This document shows positions 18,469 to 28,377 of a stretch of DNA of 34,848 nucleotides, piece by piece. This DNA is from a bacterium. Lineage in GTDB: Bacteria > SZUA-182 > DTGQ01. The stretch's first letter is position 1. Each line of letters starts with the position of its first letter. The position numbers and the translations under genes are program-made. The notes under the pieces were generated by a model. The model ran no database searches. It was not told the origin of the DNA and saw only the letters and a list, made by a program, of their open reading frames with translations. The DNA is taken from assembly GCA_040752695.1 (NCBI GenBank), contig JBFMGO010000058.1:1-34848 (forward strand), read 5' to 3'.

Positions 18469-19265
18469 CCATAGTCCTCCACCAGTTTAAGAGCTTCTTC
18501 AACAGACCACCCTTCGTGAACCATGTTGCTGATAGCCCTGACGATCTGCTCCGGTCTGTGATGTTGAAACGCGTTTCTGCCTATCGATACTCCCGCACCG
18601 CCCGCTTCCAAAGAGCCGTGAACCATTTCGAGAACCTGGCGGTCGGTCTCCATTTTTTCTCCACCGGCGATGACTACCGGAACAAAGCACCCTCTGACCA
18701 CTTCGGAGAAAGACTCTGCACTTCCCGTATAAGCCACCTTGACAATATCGGCTCCCAATTCGGCACCGATTCGGGCCGCATGCTTGACCACCTGAGGATC
18801 GTATTCATTCTTGATCTTCATGCCCCGGGTATACATCATGGCTATCAGGGGCAATCCCCAGTCCCGGGCTTTCCTGGCCACATCGCCCAGGTCCTTGAGC
18901 ATGGATTTTTCATCATCCGAGCCGATATTGACATGGATAGAGACCGCATCGGCCCCAAGACGGATAGCCTCCTCCACCGTGCATACCAAAACCTTGGCAT
19001 TCGGGTCCGGGGACAGGACAGTGCTGGCTGAAAGGTGGACGATTAATCCGACGTCCTTCCCTCCTCCCCGATGTCCGGCTTCCACCAGTCCTTTGTGAAT
19101 AATAATAGCATTGGCGCCTCCCGCGGCAATGCCATCCACGGATTTTTTGGTGTCAATAAGGCCAGGTATAGGGCCCAGGGTGATCCCATGATCCATGGGC
19201 ACGATAACGGTCCTTTTGGAGTTGCGGTTCATTATTCTTTCAAGACGAATTTGTTTCCCAACCAT
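18465..19265 (-). CDS. aroA': 2-amino-3,7-dideoxy-D-threo-hept-6-ulosonate synthase (DhnA-type class I aldolase)
   Basis: [24 protein letters not shown] (Schiff-base Lys), VVIAGG, GRNAFQ. Overlaps aroB' by 4 bp. Start at 19265 is supported by an RBS and the promoter position. Confidence 0.9.
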   Translation of the reverse strand: MVGKQIRLERIMNRNSKRTVIVPMDHGITLGPIPGLIDTKKSVDGIAAGGANAIIIHKGLVEAGHRGGGKDVGLIVHLSASTVLSPDPNAKVLVCTVEEAIRLGADAVSIHVNIGSDDEKSMLKDLGDVARKARDWGLPLIAMMYTRGMKIKNEYDPQVVKHAARIGAELGADIVKVAYTGSAESFSEVVRGCFVPVVIAGGEKMETDRQVLEMVHGSLEAGGAGVSIGRNAFQHHRPEQIVRAISNMVHEGWSVEEALKLVEDYG

Positions 19266-19296
19266 ACGAAACCCCCTTTCGAAATATTTGGAAGTT

Positions 19297-19325
19297 ATTC
19301 TATTGGAAAGAATATCTCTTGTCAA
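19297..19325 (-). promoter_or_regulatory. sigma70 promoter of the aroA'-aroB' operon
   Basis: Minus strand TTGACA-17 bp-TAGAAT. Confidence 0.75.
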
Positions 19326-19518
19326 TCCAATTTTTATCCGGCGTCTTTAGCTTCTATTCTTTCCGCTGAAGCTCCGGCCAAAGGCTGCAGGTTGCCCTGG
19401 AATTTTTTCATCTCTATTGACCTTGCAGGGGGAACTATGGTACACAGGAATAACACTGTCTGTTTGTATCACTGCTGAATTCTGGCGTTATTTATCATTT
19501 CTTGCGGATAGGGCACCA

Positions 19519-21036
19519 ATGAAAATCTACCAGGCCATAAAGTCGGCTCTCACTCTTTTTCTTTTGGTTACTCTGGGTCTTATGCTCTGTTTCTGTCTGC
19601 CCCTGCCTGCTGAAACGGCAGACAGGCGCAGGTCGCTTTCCTCCCACTCTGAAAATAACGTCGGTGACGATAAGCATCCTCTTCAGGAAAAGATCACTTC
19701 CCTCCTGGACTCATGTTCTGCCATGAGAGGTATACGAGCAGGTATTTATGTTACCTCTTTGAAAAGCGGCAAGGTACTGGCTGACATCCATGGAGAGGAT
19801 CTGTTTATTCCTGCCTCGAATCAAAAGCTGTTCACTTCGGCTGCGGCTTTGGCCAGGCTGAAGCCGGACTATTGCTTTCCTACCATTATCTATGCAGGAA
19901 AGATGCCGAAAGATGGTGTTATTTCAGGGCCGCTTTATATCAAAGGGTTTGGGGACCCTCTCCTCGTCAATGAAGAGTTGTGGGAATTGACGCGACAGAT
20001 TGGTGATGCCGGCATAAAGAGGGTCACTGAGGGGCTGGTTTACGACGACTCCTACTTTGCCTCTGAAGAGAATAGAGAGGAGCAGCAAGGGGGTGACCCT
20101 TCCGTTTGGTACAGAGCGGAAAGCGGGGCATTGTCGATCAATTTCAATACGGTCACCTTTTCGATCCGGCCTGCATCCAAGGTCGGTTACAAACCCCTGA
20201 TACAGTGGAACACGTCCGCCAGGTCCATTCAGGTGATCAATAAGGCAATTACCACGGCAGGCTCTCCCAAAAAAGCTCTTTCCATTGCCAGAAATGTTAA
20301 GGATGGAATAAATACCTTTACCTTTTCCGGGCAGATCTCTATCCGGCATTCTCCCATGACCATTTACAGGGCAGTCGAAGCTCCGGCGCGGTATGCGGCC
20401 GAAGCATTGAAAGAGATGCTCGTCCAAAAGGGGATTCACATTTCAGGTGAGGTAAGGCCGGGTATTGTTCCTGAAGAGGCGCGGGTGATCTGTCAGCATC
20501 AATCGAAACCTCTGGCCATCATTGTCACCAGTTTAAATAAAATCAGCAATAATTTTATCGCACAGCAGCTTCTTAAGGCAATGGGCGCAGAGGTCAAAGG
20601 ATCGCCGGGGACTTCGGATAAGGGCGTAGCCGTAATCAAAGAATTTCTCGAGGAAGCCGGTGTGGGTGCTGATCACTTTACAGCCACTGACGGCTGCGGT
20701 CTGTCGAAAAAGAATATGACCTCTCCCAAGAAGATCGTAGACCTTTTGACCTATATGCAGCAGAAATTTGAATATCAGCCGGAATATTTCGCCTCCCTGG
20801 CCATTGCGGGGGTTGATGGAACCTTGAAAAAGCGGCTGCGGAACCCGAAAACGCAGCGCAGGGTTCGGGCCAAGACGGGCCTCGTGAATGGAGTCTCCTG
20901 CCTGTCCGGTTACGTCTACTCTTACCAGGACGAATTGATCTCCTTTTCCATCCTGATGAACGGGAATAAAAACCAGCATCATCTATGCAAAACAATTCAA
21001 GATCGGATTGTTGAACTCTTGCTCGATTTAAAATAA
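19519..21036 (+). CDS. dacB: D-alanyl-D-alanine carboxypeptidase/endopeptidase (PBP4, peptidase S13)
   Basis: PASNQKL (SxxK), SNN (SxN), AKTG, GDP, GVDGTL..R. ATG 19519 begins a signal-peptide-like segment; the ORF track start at 19417 overlaps a -35-like TTGACC. Confidence 0.92.
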   Translation: MKIYQAIKSALTLFLLVTLGLMLCFCLPLPAETADRRRSLSSHSENNVGDDKHPLQEKITSLLDSCSAMRGIRAGIYVTSLKSGKVLADIHGEDLFIPASNQKLFTSAAALARLKPDYCFPTIIYAGKMPKDGVISGPLYIKGFGDPLLVNEELWELTRQIGDAGIKRVTEGLVYDDSYFASEENREEQQGGDPSVWYRAESGALSINFNTVTFSIRPASKVGYKPLIQWNTSARSIQVINKAITTAGSPKKALSIARNVKDGINTFTFSGQISIRHSPMTIYRAVEAPARYAAEALKEMLVQKGIHISGEVRPGIVPEEARVICQHQSKPLAIIVTSLNKISNNFIAQQLLKAMGAEVKGSPGTSDKGVAVIKEFLEEAGVGADHFTATDGCGLSKKNMTSPKKIVDLLTYMQQKFEYQPEYFASLAIAGVDGTLKKRLRNPKTQRRVRAKTGLVNGVSCLSGYVYSYQDELISFSILMNGNKNQHHLCKTIQDRIVELLLDLK

Positions 21037-21108
21037 TCAAGAGACGAATGTACTGATTTTCTTGACGATTGCCACCGATAAAGAAAGGGAGGTGTGGCTA
21101 TTAGGATC

Positions 21109-21137
21109 TTGACAAAGAGCAATGTTTTGATTAGAAT
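21109..21137 (+). promoter_or_regulatory. sigma70 promoter of the kinase gene
   Basis: TTGACA-17 bp-TAGAAT. Confidence 0.75.
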
Positions 21138-21207
21138 GAAAAAAAAGTAATACATTCTTTCAAATAGGTAAATCTCTATCACACGCACCTCTATTTTAAG
21201 CAATTTC

Positions 21208-22821
21208 ATGGAAAACATCCTTATAGTTGAAAGTCATCAGGCATACGCTCACTATTTCAAAGCTCACCTCGCTGAAGAAGGGTATCAAGTAGCGGTCGCT
21301 TTTTCCGGCGCTGAGGCCATCGATAAGATGCAAGCCATGCCCTTCAGCCTGATTTTTTTAGATCTGGAAGTAGAAGTGGCGAAGACCAAGGCTATGGACT
21401 TTCTCGAGTGTATCAAGCAGCTTTATCCCGAGATTCCGGTTATTACGGTTTCAGGGCATGACTCGCGGGAACTGGCGGTTGAATCGGCCAGAAGAGGAGC
21501 ATACGACTTTCTGGTCAAGGGGTGCTCTCTGGAAGAGGTTCGCTTTGTCGTGAGAAAGAGCCTGGAGCGAAGAAAATTAGGACTTAAGAACAAGCAGTTG
21601 GTTACGGCGCTGCAGGAAAAAAACAAAGAGCTGGAATGGAAAATCAAGGAGTTGTCGGTATTGTATGAGATCGCCCGAAACTTTGGTTCACAAGCGGGCC
21701 TCGATGATGCCCTCGATCGGCTTTCGTTGGCCATCAGGCAGGTTCTTCCCGTCGATTATTTCCTGTGCTTCTCCTTCCAGAGCGAAGTCCGGGAACTGTA
21801 CCTGCGATTCGCTCATGGAATCCATGAGGAAACGCTCAAAAGGCTGAGTCTGGGGAAAATTGTCATGGAGGAGTTGGTCTGTTTGCATGAGGACAATCAA
21901 GAGAATGTCATTGATTCCGGATTTTTGCTTTCCTATTTTAAGGAAAATGGGTTCTGCGATCTCCTCCTTAAGTCCTTTCTCTGTGTTCCCATCAGTGTTG
22001 ATAACGAGTTATATGGAATTTTCTGCGCAGGGAGCGCTGCCCCCGATGCCTTTTCTCTCCCTGAAAGATGCCAATTCTTATCGATTATTGCCTCACAGGC
22101 TGTTTCTTTATATGATAAAGCATCGTGTATTGCCAAATCCACACAACTGATCACCATGGGGGAGATGATTTCCGAAATTGCCCACGACCTTCGGCATCCA
22201 ATTACCAAAATTAAAGGAGCCTTGCAGAATCTGGAAGACCGGTGGTACGATGATGACTTTCGCTCAAGGTCCATGGAAATCGTGAATAACAGCATCTTTC
22301 GCCTCAACGCGCTGGTGAAAGAGCTGTTGGTGTTCTCCAATCCAAGCAAGTTTCAAAAGAAAATAGTAGATTTGAATGTCACCCTGGACGGGGTATTAAA
22401 TCTGGTAAAAAACGATCTTCACCGGCATAATATCCCCCTGATCCGGGAATCGATTCAGGCAGTAAGTCCCACCTATGTCAATGAAGAGCGCATTAAGGAG
22501 TCTTTTCTCAATATTATTGTCAATGCTATTGAGGCCATGCCGCAGGGAGGAGAGCTTAGAGTTTCGGCTCAGAACTTCTCTTTGAACAATTCCCAGCAAA
22601 AGTATGTCCTGGTAAAGTTTACTGATACAGGAATCGGAATCCCTCGGAAGATTCAAAAGAAGATTTTTGAGCATTTTTTTACGACCAAGGAGTCTGGCAC
22701 AGGTCTTGGGTTAGCCGCTGCCAATCAGACCATCCATGCCCATAATGGATATATCGAAGTTCAAAGCGAAGTGAATAAAGGAACCACCTTTATGCTGTAT
22801 ATTCCAGTATGCAAAGAGTAA
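21208..22821 (+). CDS. Cytoplasmic hybrid histidine kinase (REC-GAF-HisKA-HATPase, NtrB-like)
   Basis: N-terminal REC (FLDL, GAYDFLVK), GAF-like segment, EIAHDLRHP, NIIVNAIEAM, DTGIGI, FFTTKESGTGLGL. Confidence 0.9.
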   Translation: MENILIVESHQAYAHYFKAHLAEEGYQVAVAFSGAEAIDKMQAMPFSLIFLDLEVEVAKTKAMDFLECIKQLYPEIPVITVSGHDSRELAVESARRGAYDFLVKGCSLEEVRFVVRKSLERRKLGLKNKQLVTALQEKNKELEWKIKELSVLYEIARNFGSQAGLDDALDRLSLAIRQVLPVDYFLCFSFQSEVRELYLRFAHGIHEETLKRLSLGKIVMEELVCLHEDNQENVIDSGFLLSYFKENGFCDLLLKSFLCVPISVDNELYGIFCAGSAAPDAFSLPERCQFLSIIASQAVSLYDKASCIAKSTQLITMGEMISEIAHDLRHPITKIKGALQNLEDRWYDDDFRSRSMEIVNNSIFRLNALVKELLVFSNPSKFQKKIVDLNVTLDGVLNLVKNDLHRHNIPLIRESIQAVSPTYVNEERIKESFLNIIVNAIEAMPQGGELRVSAQNFSLNNSQQKYVLVKFTDTGIGIPRKIQKKIFEHFFTTKESGTGLGLAAANQTIHAHNGYIEVQSEVNKGTTFMLYIPVCKE

Positions 22822-22993
22822 TGACTTGGCGTTCCGGGGTTTTTGTTCCCATAAGGAGATTCCGGAAGAATTCAACAAATCACGCCGGCTGTACGGGGCC
22901 GCCGGAGTGGCGTATCTTGGTAAACGAGAAAGTCTTTTTGACAATTATATTGAACCATAATCTTTTAGGAAAGCGTATAGGTGAGTTAAGTAA

Positions 22994-24367
22994 ATGAAAG
23001 ATAAAAAAGTAACAATTTTAGTAGTCGATGATGATCCTGAATTAATCTGGATATTGACCGAGGCGCTGACCAAAGAGGGATATAAGGTTTTTTCTGCCGA
23101 AGACGGGAAGACCGCCATTCAAATGGCCAGAAGTGAGACTCCTGATTTAATCCTGATGGATATCAGTATGCCCGATATCAACGGTATCGAGCTCTTAGGA
23201 AGGATCAAAGCCATCTCAAAGCGAATGGCAGTGATTATGCTCTCCGCACACGGAGAGGCGAAAACCGTAGTCAATGCCATCCATGCCGGGGCGGATGATT
23301 TCATTGCCAAGCCGTTCGACAATGACGAACTCAAGATCACGATAGGGAAGGTCCTGGAACGCAAGGCCCTGGCTTCTGAGAATGAAACCCTGAAGAAAAA
23401 ATTAAAGTCCCGGGCCGAGTACGAAAACTTTATTGGAGACAGCAATCCCATTCTCAATATCAAGAAAATGATCGAGCAGGTGGCGGATACCGAGTTGACC
23501 ATTCTGGTCCGTGGAGAGAGCGGAACAGGCAAGGAACTGGTAACCCGCGCTATCCATTCCCTGTCCAACCGGAGAGATAAGCCTTTTATCAAGGTTAATT
23601 GCGCCACGCTGCCGGAGACTCTCTTAGAGTCCGAATTGTTCGGATATGAAAGGGGTGCCTTTACCGGCGCCCAAAGGCCCAAACCAGGCCGGTTTGAATT
23701 TGCCAATGAGGGAACCATATTCCTGGATGAAATCGGAGAGATGCCTCCTTCGCTGCAGGCCAAGCTCCTTCAGGTCCTTGAGGAAAAAGAATTCAGCCGC
23801 CTCGGGGGAAAGAAAAGCGTCAAGGTTGATGTCCGGATTATCGTAGCTACCAACCGGGATCTTGAGGAAGGTATCCGAAGTGGCAGCTTTCGAGAGGATC
23901 TTTTCTACCGTCTGAATGAAGTGACTATTTTTCTTCCGCCTTTACGGGAACATAAGGAAGATATCTACCTTCTGGTGGACTATTTCGTAAAAAAATATTC
24001 CTCCCTGTACGGAAAAGAGATCAATTCGATCTCCCCCCAGATTATGAATATTTTCATGAATTATGACTGGCCTGGAAATATCCGGGAGTTGGAAAACCTG
24101 ATTAAAAAAATCATTGTCCTGGGCAGCGAAGAAGTGGTTTATACCGTTATTCCGCACGATGTGGTCGAAGGAAAGATGGTTTACAAAAACACTAAGATTG
24201 TTCCCCTGAAAGAAGTCAGTCGCCTGGCAATTCAAAAGGCTGAGAAAGCCACGATCAAAAGCGTTCTGGCCAAGACCAACTGGAATCGAATCCAGGCGGC
24301 CAAGCTGCTCCAGGTCAGCTATCGGTCCTTGCTGAGTAAAATCAAGGAGTATCAGATCCGGGAATAA
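22994..24367 (+). CDS. NtrC-family sigma54-dependent response regulator
   Basis: REC (VVDDD, LMDISMP, KPF), GESGTGKE, ESELFG, GAFTGA, FLDEIGE, WPGNIREL, C-terminal Fis-type HTH. Confidence 0.95.
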   Translation: MKDKKVTILVVDDDPELIWILTEALTKEGYKVFSAEDGKTAIQMARSETPDLILMDISMPDINGIELLGRIKAISKRMAVIMLSAHGEAKTVVNAIHAGADDFIAKPFDNDELKITIGKVLERKALASENETLKKKLKSRAEYENFIGDSNPILNIKKMIEQVADTELTILVRGESGTGKELVTRAIHSLSNRRDKPFIKVNCATLPETLLESELFGYERGAFTGAQRPKPGRFEFANEGTIFLDEIGEMPPSLQAKLLQVLEEKEFSRLGGKKSVKVDVRIIVATNRDLEEGIRSGSFREDLFYRLNEVTIFLPPLREHKEDIYLLVDYFVKKYSSLYGKEINSISPQIMNIFMNYDWPGNIRELENLIKKIIVLGSEEVVYTVIPHDVVEGKMVYKNTKIVPLKEVSRLAIQKAEKATIKSVLAKTNWNRIQAAKLLQVSYRSLLSKIKEYQIRE

Positions 24368-24430
24368 TGAGATAAAAAAAGGATCAGAAGACGAAAAGCA
24401 GGTATTATCATTTATTCTGTATACCGCAAT

Positions 24431-24468
24431 TATGAAATCACTTTCATATTTATGAAGAAGTATTCATA
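24431..24468. promoter_or_regulatory. Tandem palindromic enhancer sites (UAS)
   Basis: TATGAA-atcact-TTCATA (24431-24448) and TATGAA-gaagta-TTCATA (24451-24468), 20 bp apart, upstream of a -24/-12 promoter. Confidence 0.75.
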
Positions 24469-24602
24469 ATTTCTCACACCATTTTGATGCTTCTCATCCC
24501 GTGATCAAGCAAGGATCCGTCCGGAAAGAAAAACGTATTGTTTTTTACTGGAAAACTCCGATAGGGAGCATGTCCGGATTCATGGAAAGCCGATCTTAAA
24601 GA

Positions 24603-24618
24603 TGGCATTTATATTGCA
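24603..24618 (+). promoter_or_regulatory. sigma54 (-24/-12) promoter
   Basis: TGGCAT-ttata-TTGCA with exact consensus spacing. Confidence 0.8.
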
Positions 24619-24768
24619 GGCTAAAGGTGCTGAATGCAATTTTCGAGAAACCGTAAACCGTATCGCATTATGGTACATTCGAGCAGAGGACGATCATCCA
24701 CTATGAAGAACCATTGAATGCTTTTGTGAACGAGACGTTCTGTGAGAAATGAGGGGGGCTGTAAGAGT

Positions 24769-25395
24769 ATGAGCGAGGTCAATCGCTTAAAGGATGAAAA
24801 TTCAAAGTTGAAATCAAAGCTAAAAAATCTTACGGATGCATACAATTCTTTGAAAAAAATGAATGATGATCTTATACAAAATATTTTTATTGATGAAAAC
24901 ACACGGCTTTATAATTCTCGATATTTGAGTATCAGACTTGATGAGGAGATGAAAAGGGCCAAGCGGTATAATCAATTTCTCTCATTGGTCCTGGTGAGTG
25001 TTGACTCCGTGCCTGAAGAGCAGCCTATGCATCTGTCCGATGAGGGGAATACCCTTTTTATGAGAAAACTGGGTGAGTTCATCAAGGCCAATCTGCGCGA
25101 TACCGATATCCTTTCTCTCTATGGGAATGATGTTCTGGCCCTGATTTTGCCTGAAACAAGTATCGAGGGAGCTGTCTGTCTGTCCGAGCGGCTGAAGGAT
25201 CAGGTGCTGTTCGCTTTCTCCGGTATCGAGATCGATGCTGCTGCGCCGAAAAAGAATGCCTCCGTCAGCATTGGGATCACCTCCTATCCTACTGACGCGC
25301 GGGTAATTGATGAGTTGATAAAAAATGCCTCACATATGCTGGAGTGCTCTCGAGGAAGTGAGAACAATACCATTTATTGCTCAATTATGAATTGA
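24769..25395 (+). CDS. Coiled-coil plus degenerate GGDEF-domain protein
   Basis: D..T.LYN.RY, LRDTDILSLYGNDVL..ILPET, SVSIGI..YP. The GGDEF motif is replaced, while RxxD is retained. Start is ATG 24769 or GTG 24742. Confidence 0.85.
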   Translation: MSEVNRLKDENSKLKSKLKNLTDAYNSLKKMNDDLIQNIFIDENTRLYNSRYLSIRLDEEMKRAKRYNQFLSLVLVSVDSVPEEQPMHLSDEGNTLFMRKLGEFIKANLRDTDILSLYGNDVLALILPETSIEGAVCLSERLKDQVLFAFSGIEIDAAAPKKNASVSIGITSYPTDARVIDELIKNASHMLECSRGSENNTIYCSIMN

Positions 25396-25461
25396 GGAGA
25401 GCCTGACTTTTTCCTGAATGGAAGCTTTATCCCCCCTTTAAACCCCTTACCCTGATATCCC

Positions 25462-25491
25462 TTGACATGCTTTTTCCGTTTATGATAGCAT
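25462..25491 (+). promoter_or_regulatory. sigma70 promoter of the UPF0182 gene cluster
   Basis: TTGACA-18 bp-TAGCAT with an extended TG. Confidence 0.5.
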
Positions 25492-25548
25492 AACCATTGG
25501 TAAATCATGCCCTTTCGAGAGCCCAACTATCATTTCCAGGAGAATTGA

Positions 25549-28377
25549 ATGAAAAAAGAGAAGGTTGTTTTGCTTTTAGGGCTGGCTTTTTTATTTTTTA
25601 TCGGGTTTGGAAAGCTGGCAGATATTTACGGAGAACTGCTCTGGTTTAAAGCACTTGAAGTTTCATCGGTGTTCTGGACAATTCTGCTCGCAAGGGGGGC
25701 GATTGGTCTTCTCTTCGGGCTGTTTTTTTTCCTGGTCGCCGGCATCAATCTTTATCTTGCCCGAAATATGGGTGGGCCTAAGAAACAGTGGGAATTATCC
25801 GTCCGGCGACAGGGCACCAAGACGGTGGAAACCATTCCCATCCGGCCCGAATATGTTAACTGGTTTTTGCTGGCTGGGTGCCTGATCATCAGTGCCATGA
25901 TGGGTGTGTGGCCGGCTTCGGCGAAGTGGGACGAATTTCTTCGGTTCTGGCATCAGGTTCCCTTTGGCCAGATGGATCCGATCTTTCATAAAGACATCGG
26001 ATTTTTCGTTTTTTCCTACCCGGTTTGGGTATTTTTGCAAAAGTGGCTTTTTTATACCCTGGTTATAACCACCATTTCGGCAGGTTATATTTATTTTAAA
26101 GACGGGGCTATCAACATTAAGCCCAGAGATCTTGCCTTCACCAGGAAGGCAAAAACGCATCTGTCGGTTCTGGTCGGATTCCTTCTCATGCTCATCGCCT
26201 GGGACAAGCGGCTGAAGATGCTGGGACTTCTTTATTCTTCAAGAGGCGTGGTTTTCGGTGCGAGCTACACGGATATGCATGCGCAGCTCGTAGCTTACTG
26301 GGTCATTTTTATCATTGCCTCTTTGTGCGGCTTTTTATTCTGGATCAATATTTCCGCCAAGGGATGGAAATGGCCGTTGATCGGACTGGCCAGTCTTTTT
26401 ATCCTTTCCATACTGGTGAACGAGCTTTACCCGAGGGCACTCCAGCAGTTCTTCGTCGAACCGAACGAACTGGCCAAGGAAAGACCCTACATTCAGCATA
26501 ACATCCGGTATACCCGCATGGGATATAATCTGGATTTCATTGAAGAGAAGAATTTTCAGGCACTCACGAATCTGGATTTGGACGGTGTCGAGAGAAATTC
26601 TCTGACACTGAATAACATAAAATTATGGGATAAAAAGCCATTACGGCAAACCTATAGCGAATTGCAGGAAATGCGTTTATACTACAATTTTATCAATATG
26701 GATGAGGACCGCTATGTTTTGGATGACGAGTATACGCAGGTCATGCTTTCACCCCGTGAACTGGATCAAAGTCAATTGCCCGCTCAGGCACAGACCTGGG
26801 AGAATGAGCATTTTAAATATACTCACGGATACGGCCTTTGCATGAGCCCGGTCAACTACGTGACCGAAAAGGGCTTGCCCAGGTTGATGATTAAAGACAT
26901 TCCTCCGGTCAGCCAGGTCGATCTCAAGGTCACGCGGCCTGAGATTTATTATGGGGAGAAGGTCAATAATTTCGTCATTGTCAATACGAAAAGCCCCGAG
27001 TTTGACTATCCCAAGGGAGATACCAATGTCTACACCAGCTACCAGGGCAAGGGCGGCGTCCCTGTCGGTTCGCTTTTTAACCGGTTGATTTTTTCCTTGA
27101 AGTTTTCGGATTTTAAAATCCTCCTCACCAGCTATATCAAGCCGGAGAGTCAAATCATGTTTCATCGTGATATCTCCGATTTGGTCAGGACTGTGGTTCC
27201 CTTTTTAACCTACGACCGGGACCCTTACCCCGTGGTATCGAAAGAGGGTCACGTTTACTGGATTCAGGATGCCTATACCACGACTGACAAATACCCCTAT
27301 TCCGAGTTGTCGCCTCTGTTTTCCGCTGACAGTAATGTTTATCCAGCAGGGCCCCTGCCGATTTTCATGGGTCAGCCGCTCGGGGTGAAGATGGTCAATT
27401 ATATCCGCAACTCGGTTAAGGTAGTGATCAGTGCCTATGACGGGACAACGGCTTACTATGTGATCGATGAAAATGATCCGATCATCAAGACTTATCAGAA
27501 GATATTCCCTGCACTGTTCAAACCCTATTCCGAGATGCCGGAAGATTTGCGGTCTCATATCCGTTATCCCCAGGACCTGTTTGAAGTTCAGGCCAACATG
27601 TACCGGCTCTATCATATGCAGGATGCCCAGGTTTTTTACAATAAGGAAGATTTATGGGATCTGCCTCTGCAAAAGGGCCTCTCCGGGCAACAGGACTTTC
27701 CCATGAAAGGGTATTATATCACCATGCGCCTGCCGGATCAGAAAGAAGAAGAATTCATGCTCATGGTTCCTTTTACTCCGAGTAATAAAAGTAACATGAT
27801 TGCCTGGATATGTGCTCAGTGCGACGGAGCGAATTATGGAAAATTGATGGTCTATAAGTTCCCGAAAGAAAAGCTCATTTATGGACCGCGTCAAGTGGAG
27901 GCCCGCATCGATCAACAAACGGATATTTCCCGCGAACTGACCCTGTGGAGCCAGCAGGGCTCAGAGGTTTTCCGGGGCGATCTTCTGGTGATACCCATCG
28001 AGCAGGCGATCCTCTATATCGAGCCGGTTTACCTGGTAGCTTCAGGCGGAAGCCAGTTGCCCGAATTGAAGCGGGTGATTGTGGCCTATGGAGATAAAAT
28101 CGAGATGAGGCCAACCCTTAATGAGGCATTGGCGGCAATATTTGGCGGGGAACTGGCTGAAGAGATGGCTCAACTTCAGCCGGATCAACAGCAGGCAGAC
28201 AAGGCGCTCCCTGATGAAGGAGGGCAGTCGCTGAATGCACTGGCCAGGAAAGCGGATCAATACTTCCAGCAGGCTCTTGAGAGTCTGCGGAACGGAAACT
28301 GGGCTCAATATGGACAACAGCAGGAAAATCTACGGAACGTTATTCAGGAACTTTTAAAAGCTTCAGAGGGAAAATGA
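25549..28377 (+). CDS. UPF0182 family membrane protein
   Basis: DPIFHKDIGFFVF, GASYTD, P.EL.KE.PYI..NI..TR, YTHGYG, PEIYYGE, NYIRNSVK, RYPQDLF, LPELKRVI. Confidence 0.93.
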   Translation: MKKEKVVLLLGLAFLFFIGFGKLADIYGELLWFKALEVSSVFWTILLARGAIGLLFGLFFFLVAGINLYLARNMGGPKKQWELSVRRQGTKTVETIPIRPEYVNWFLLAGCLIISAMMGVWPASAKWDEFLRFWHQVPFGQMDPIFHKDIGFFVFSYPVWVFLQKWLFYTLVITTISAGYIYFKDGAINIKPRDLAFTRKAKTHLSVLVGFLLMLIAWDKRLKMLGLLYSSRGVVFGASYTDMHAQLVAYWVIFIIASLCGFLFWINISAKGWKWPLIGLASLFILSILVNELYPRALQQFFVEPNELAKERPYIQHNIRYTRMGYNLDFIEEKNFQALTNLDLDGVERNSLTLNNIKLWDKKPLRQTYSELQEMRLYYNFINMDEDRYVLDDEYTQVMLSPRELDQSQLPAQAQTWENEHFKYTHGYGLCMSPVNYVTEKGLPRLMIKDIPPVSQVDLKVTRPEIYYGEKVNNFVIVNTKSPEFDYPKGDTNVYTSYQGKGGVPVGSLFNRLIFSLKFSDFKILLTSYIKPESQIMFHRDISDLVRTVVPFLTYDRDPYPVVSKEGHVYWIQDAYTTTDKYPYSELSPLFSADSNVYPAGPLPIFMGQPLGVKMVNYIRNSVKVVISAYDGTTAYYVIDENDPIIKTYQKIFPALFKPYSEMPEDLRSHIRYPQDLFEVQANMYRLYHMQDAQVFYNKEDLWDLPLQKGLSGQQDFPMKGYYITMRLPDQKEEEFMLMVPFTPSNKSNMIAWICAQCDGANYGKLMVYKFPKEKLIYGPRQVEARIDQQTDISRELTLWSQQGSEVFRGDLLVIPIEQAILYIEPVYLVASGGSQLPELKRVIVAYGDKIEMRPTLNEALAAIFGGELAEEMAQLQPDQQQADKALPDEGGQSLNALARKADQYFQQALESLRNGNWAQYGQQQENLRNVIQELLKASEGK

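Noticed and set aside
22938..22963. Internal sigma70 promoter for the NtrC-type gene
   Set aside because: TTGACA is present, but the best -10 candidates are only 12-14 bp away.
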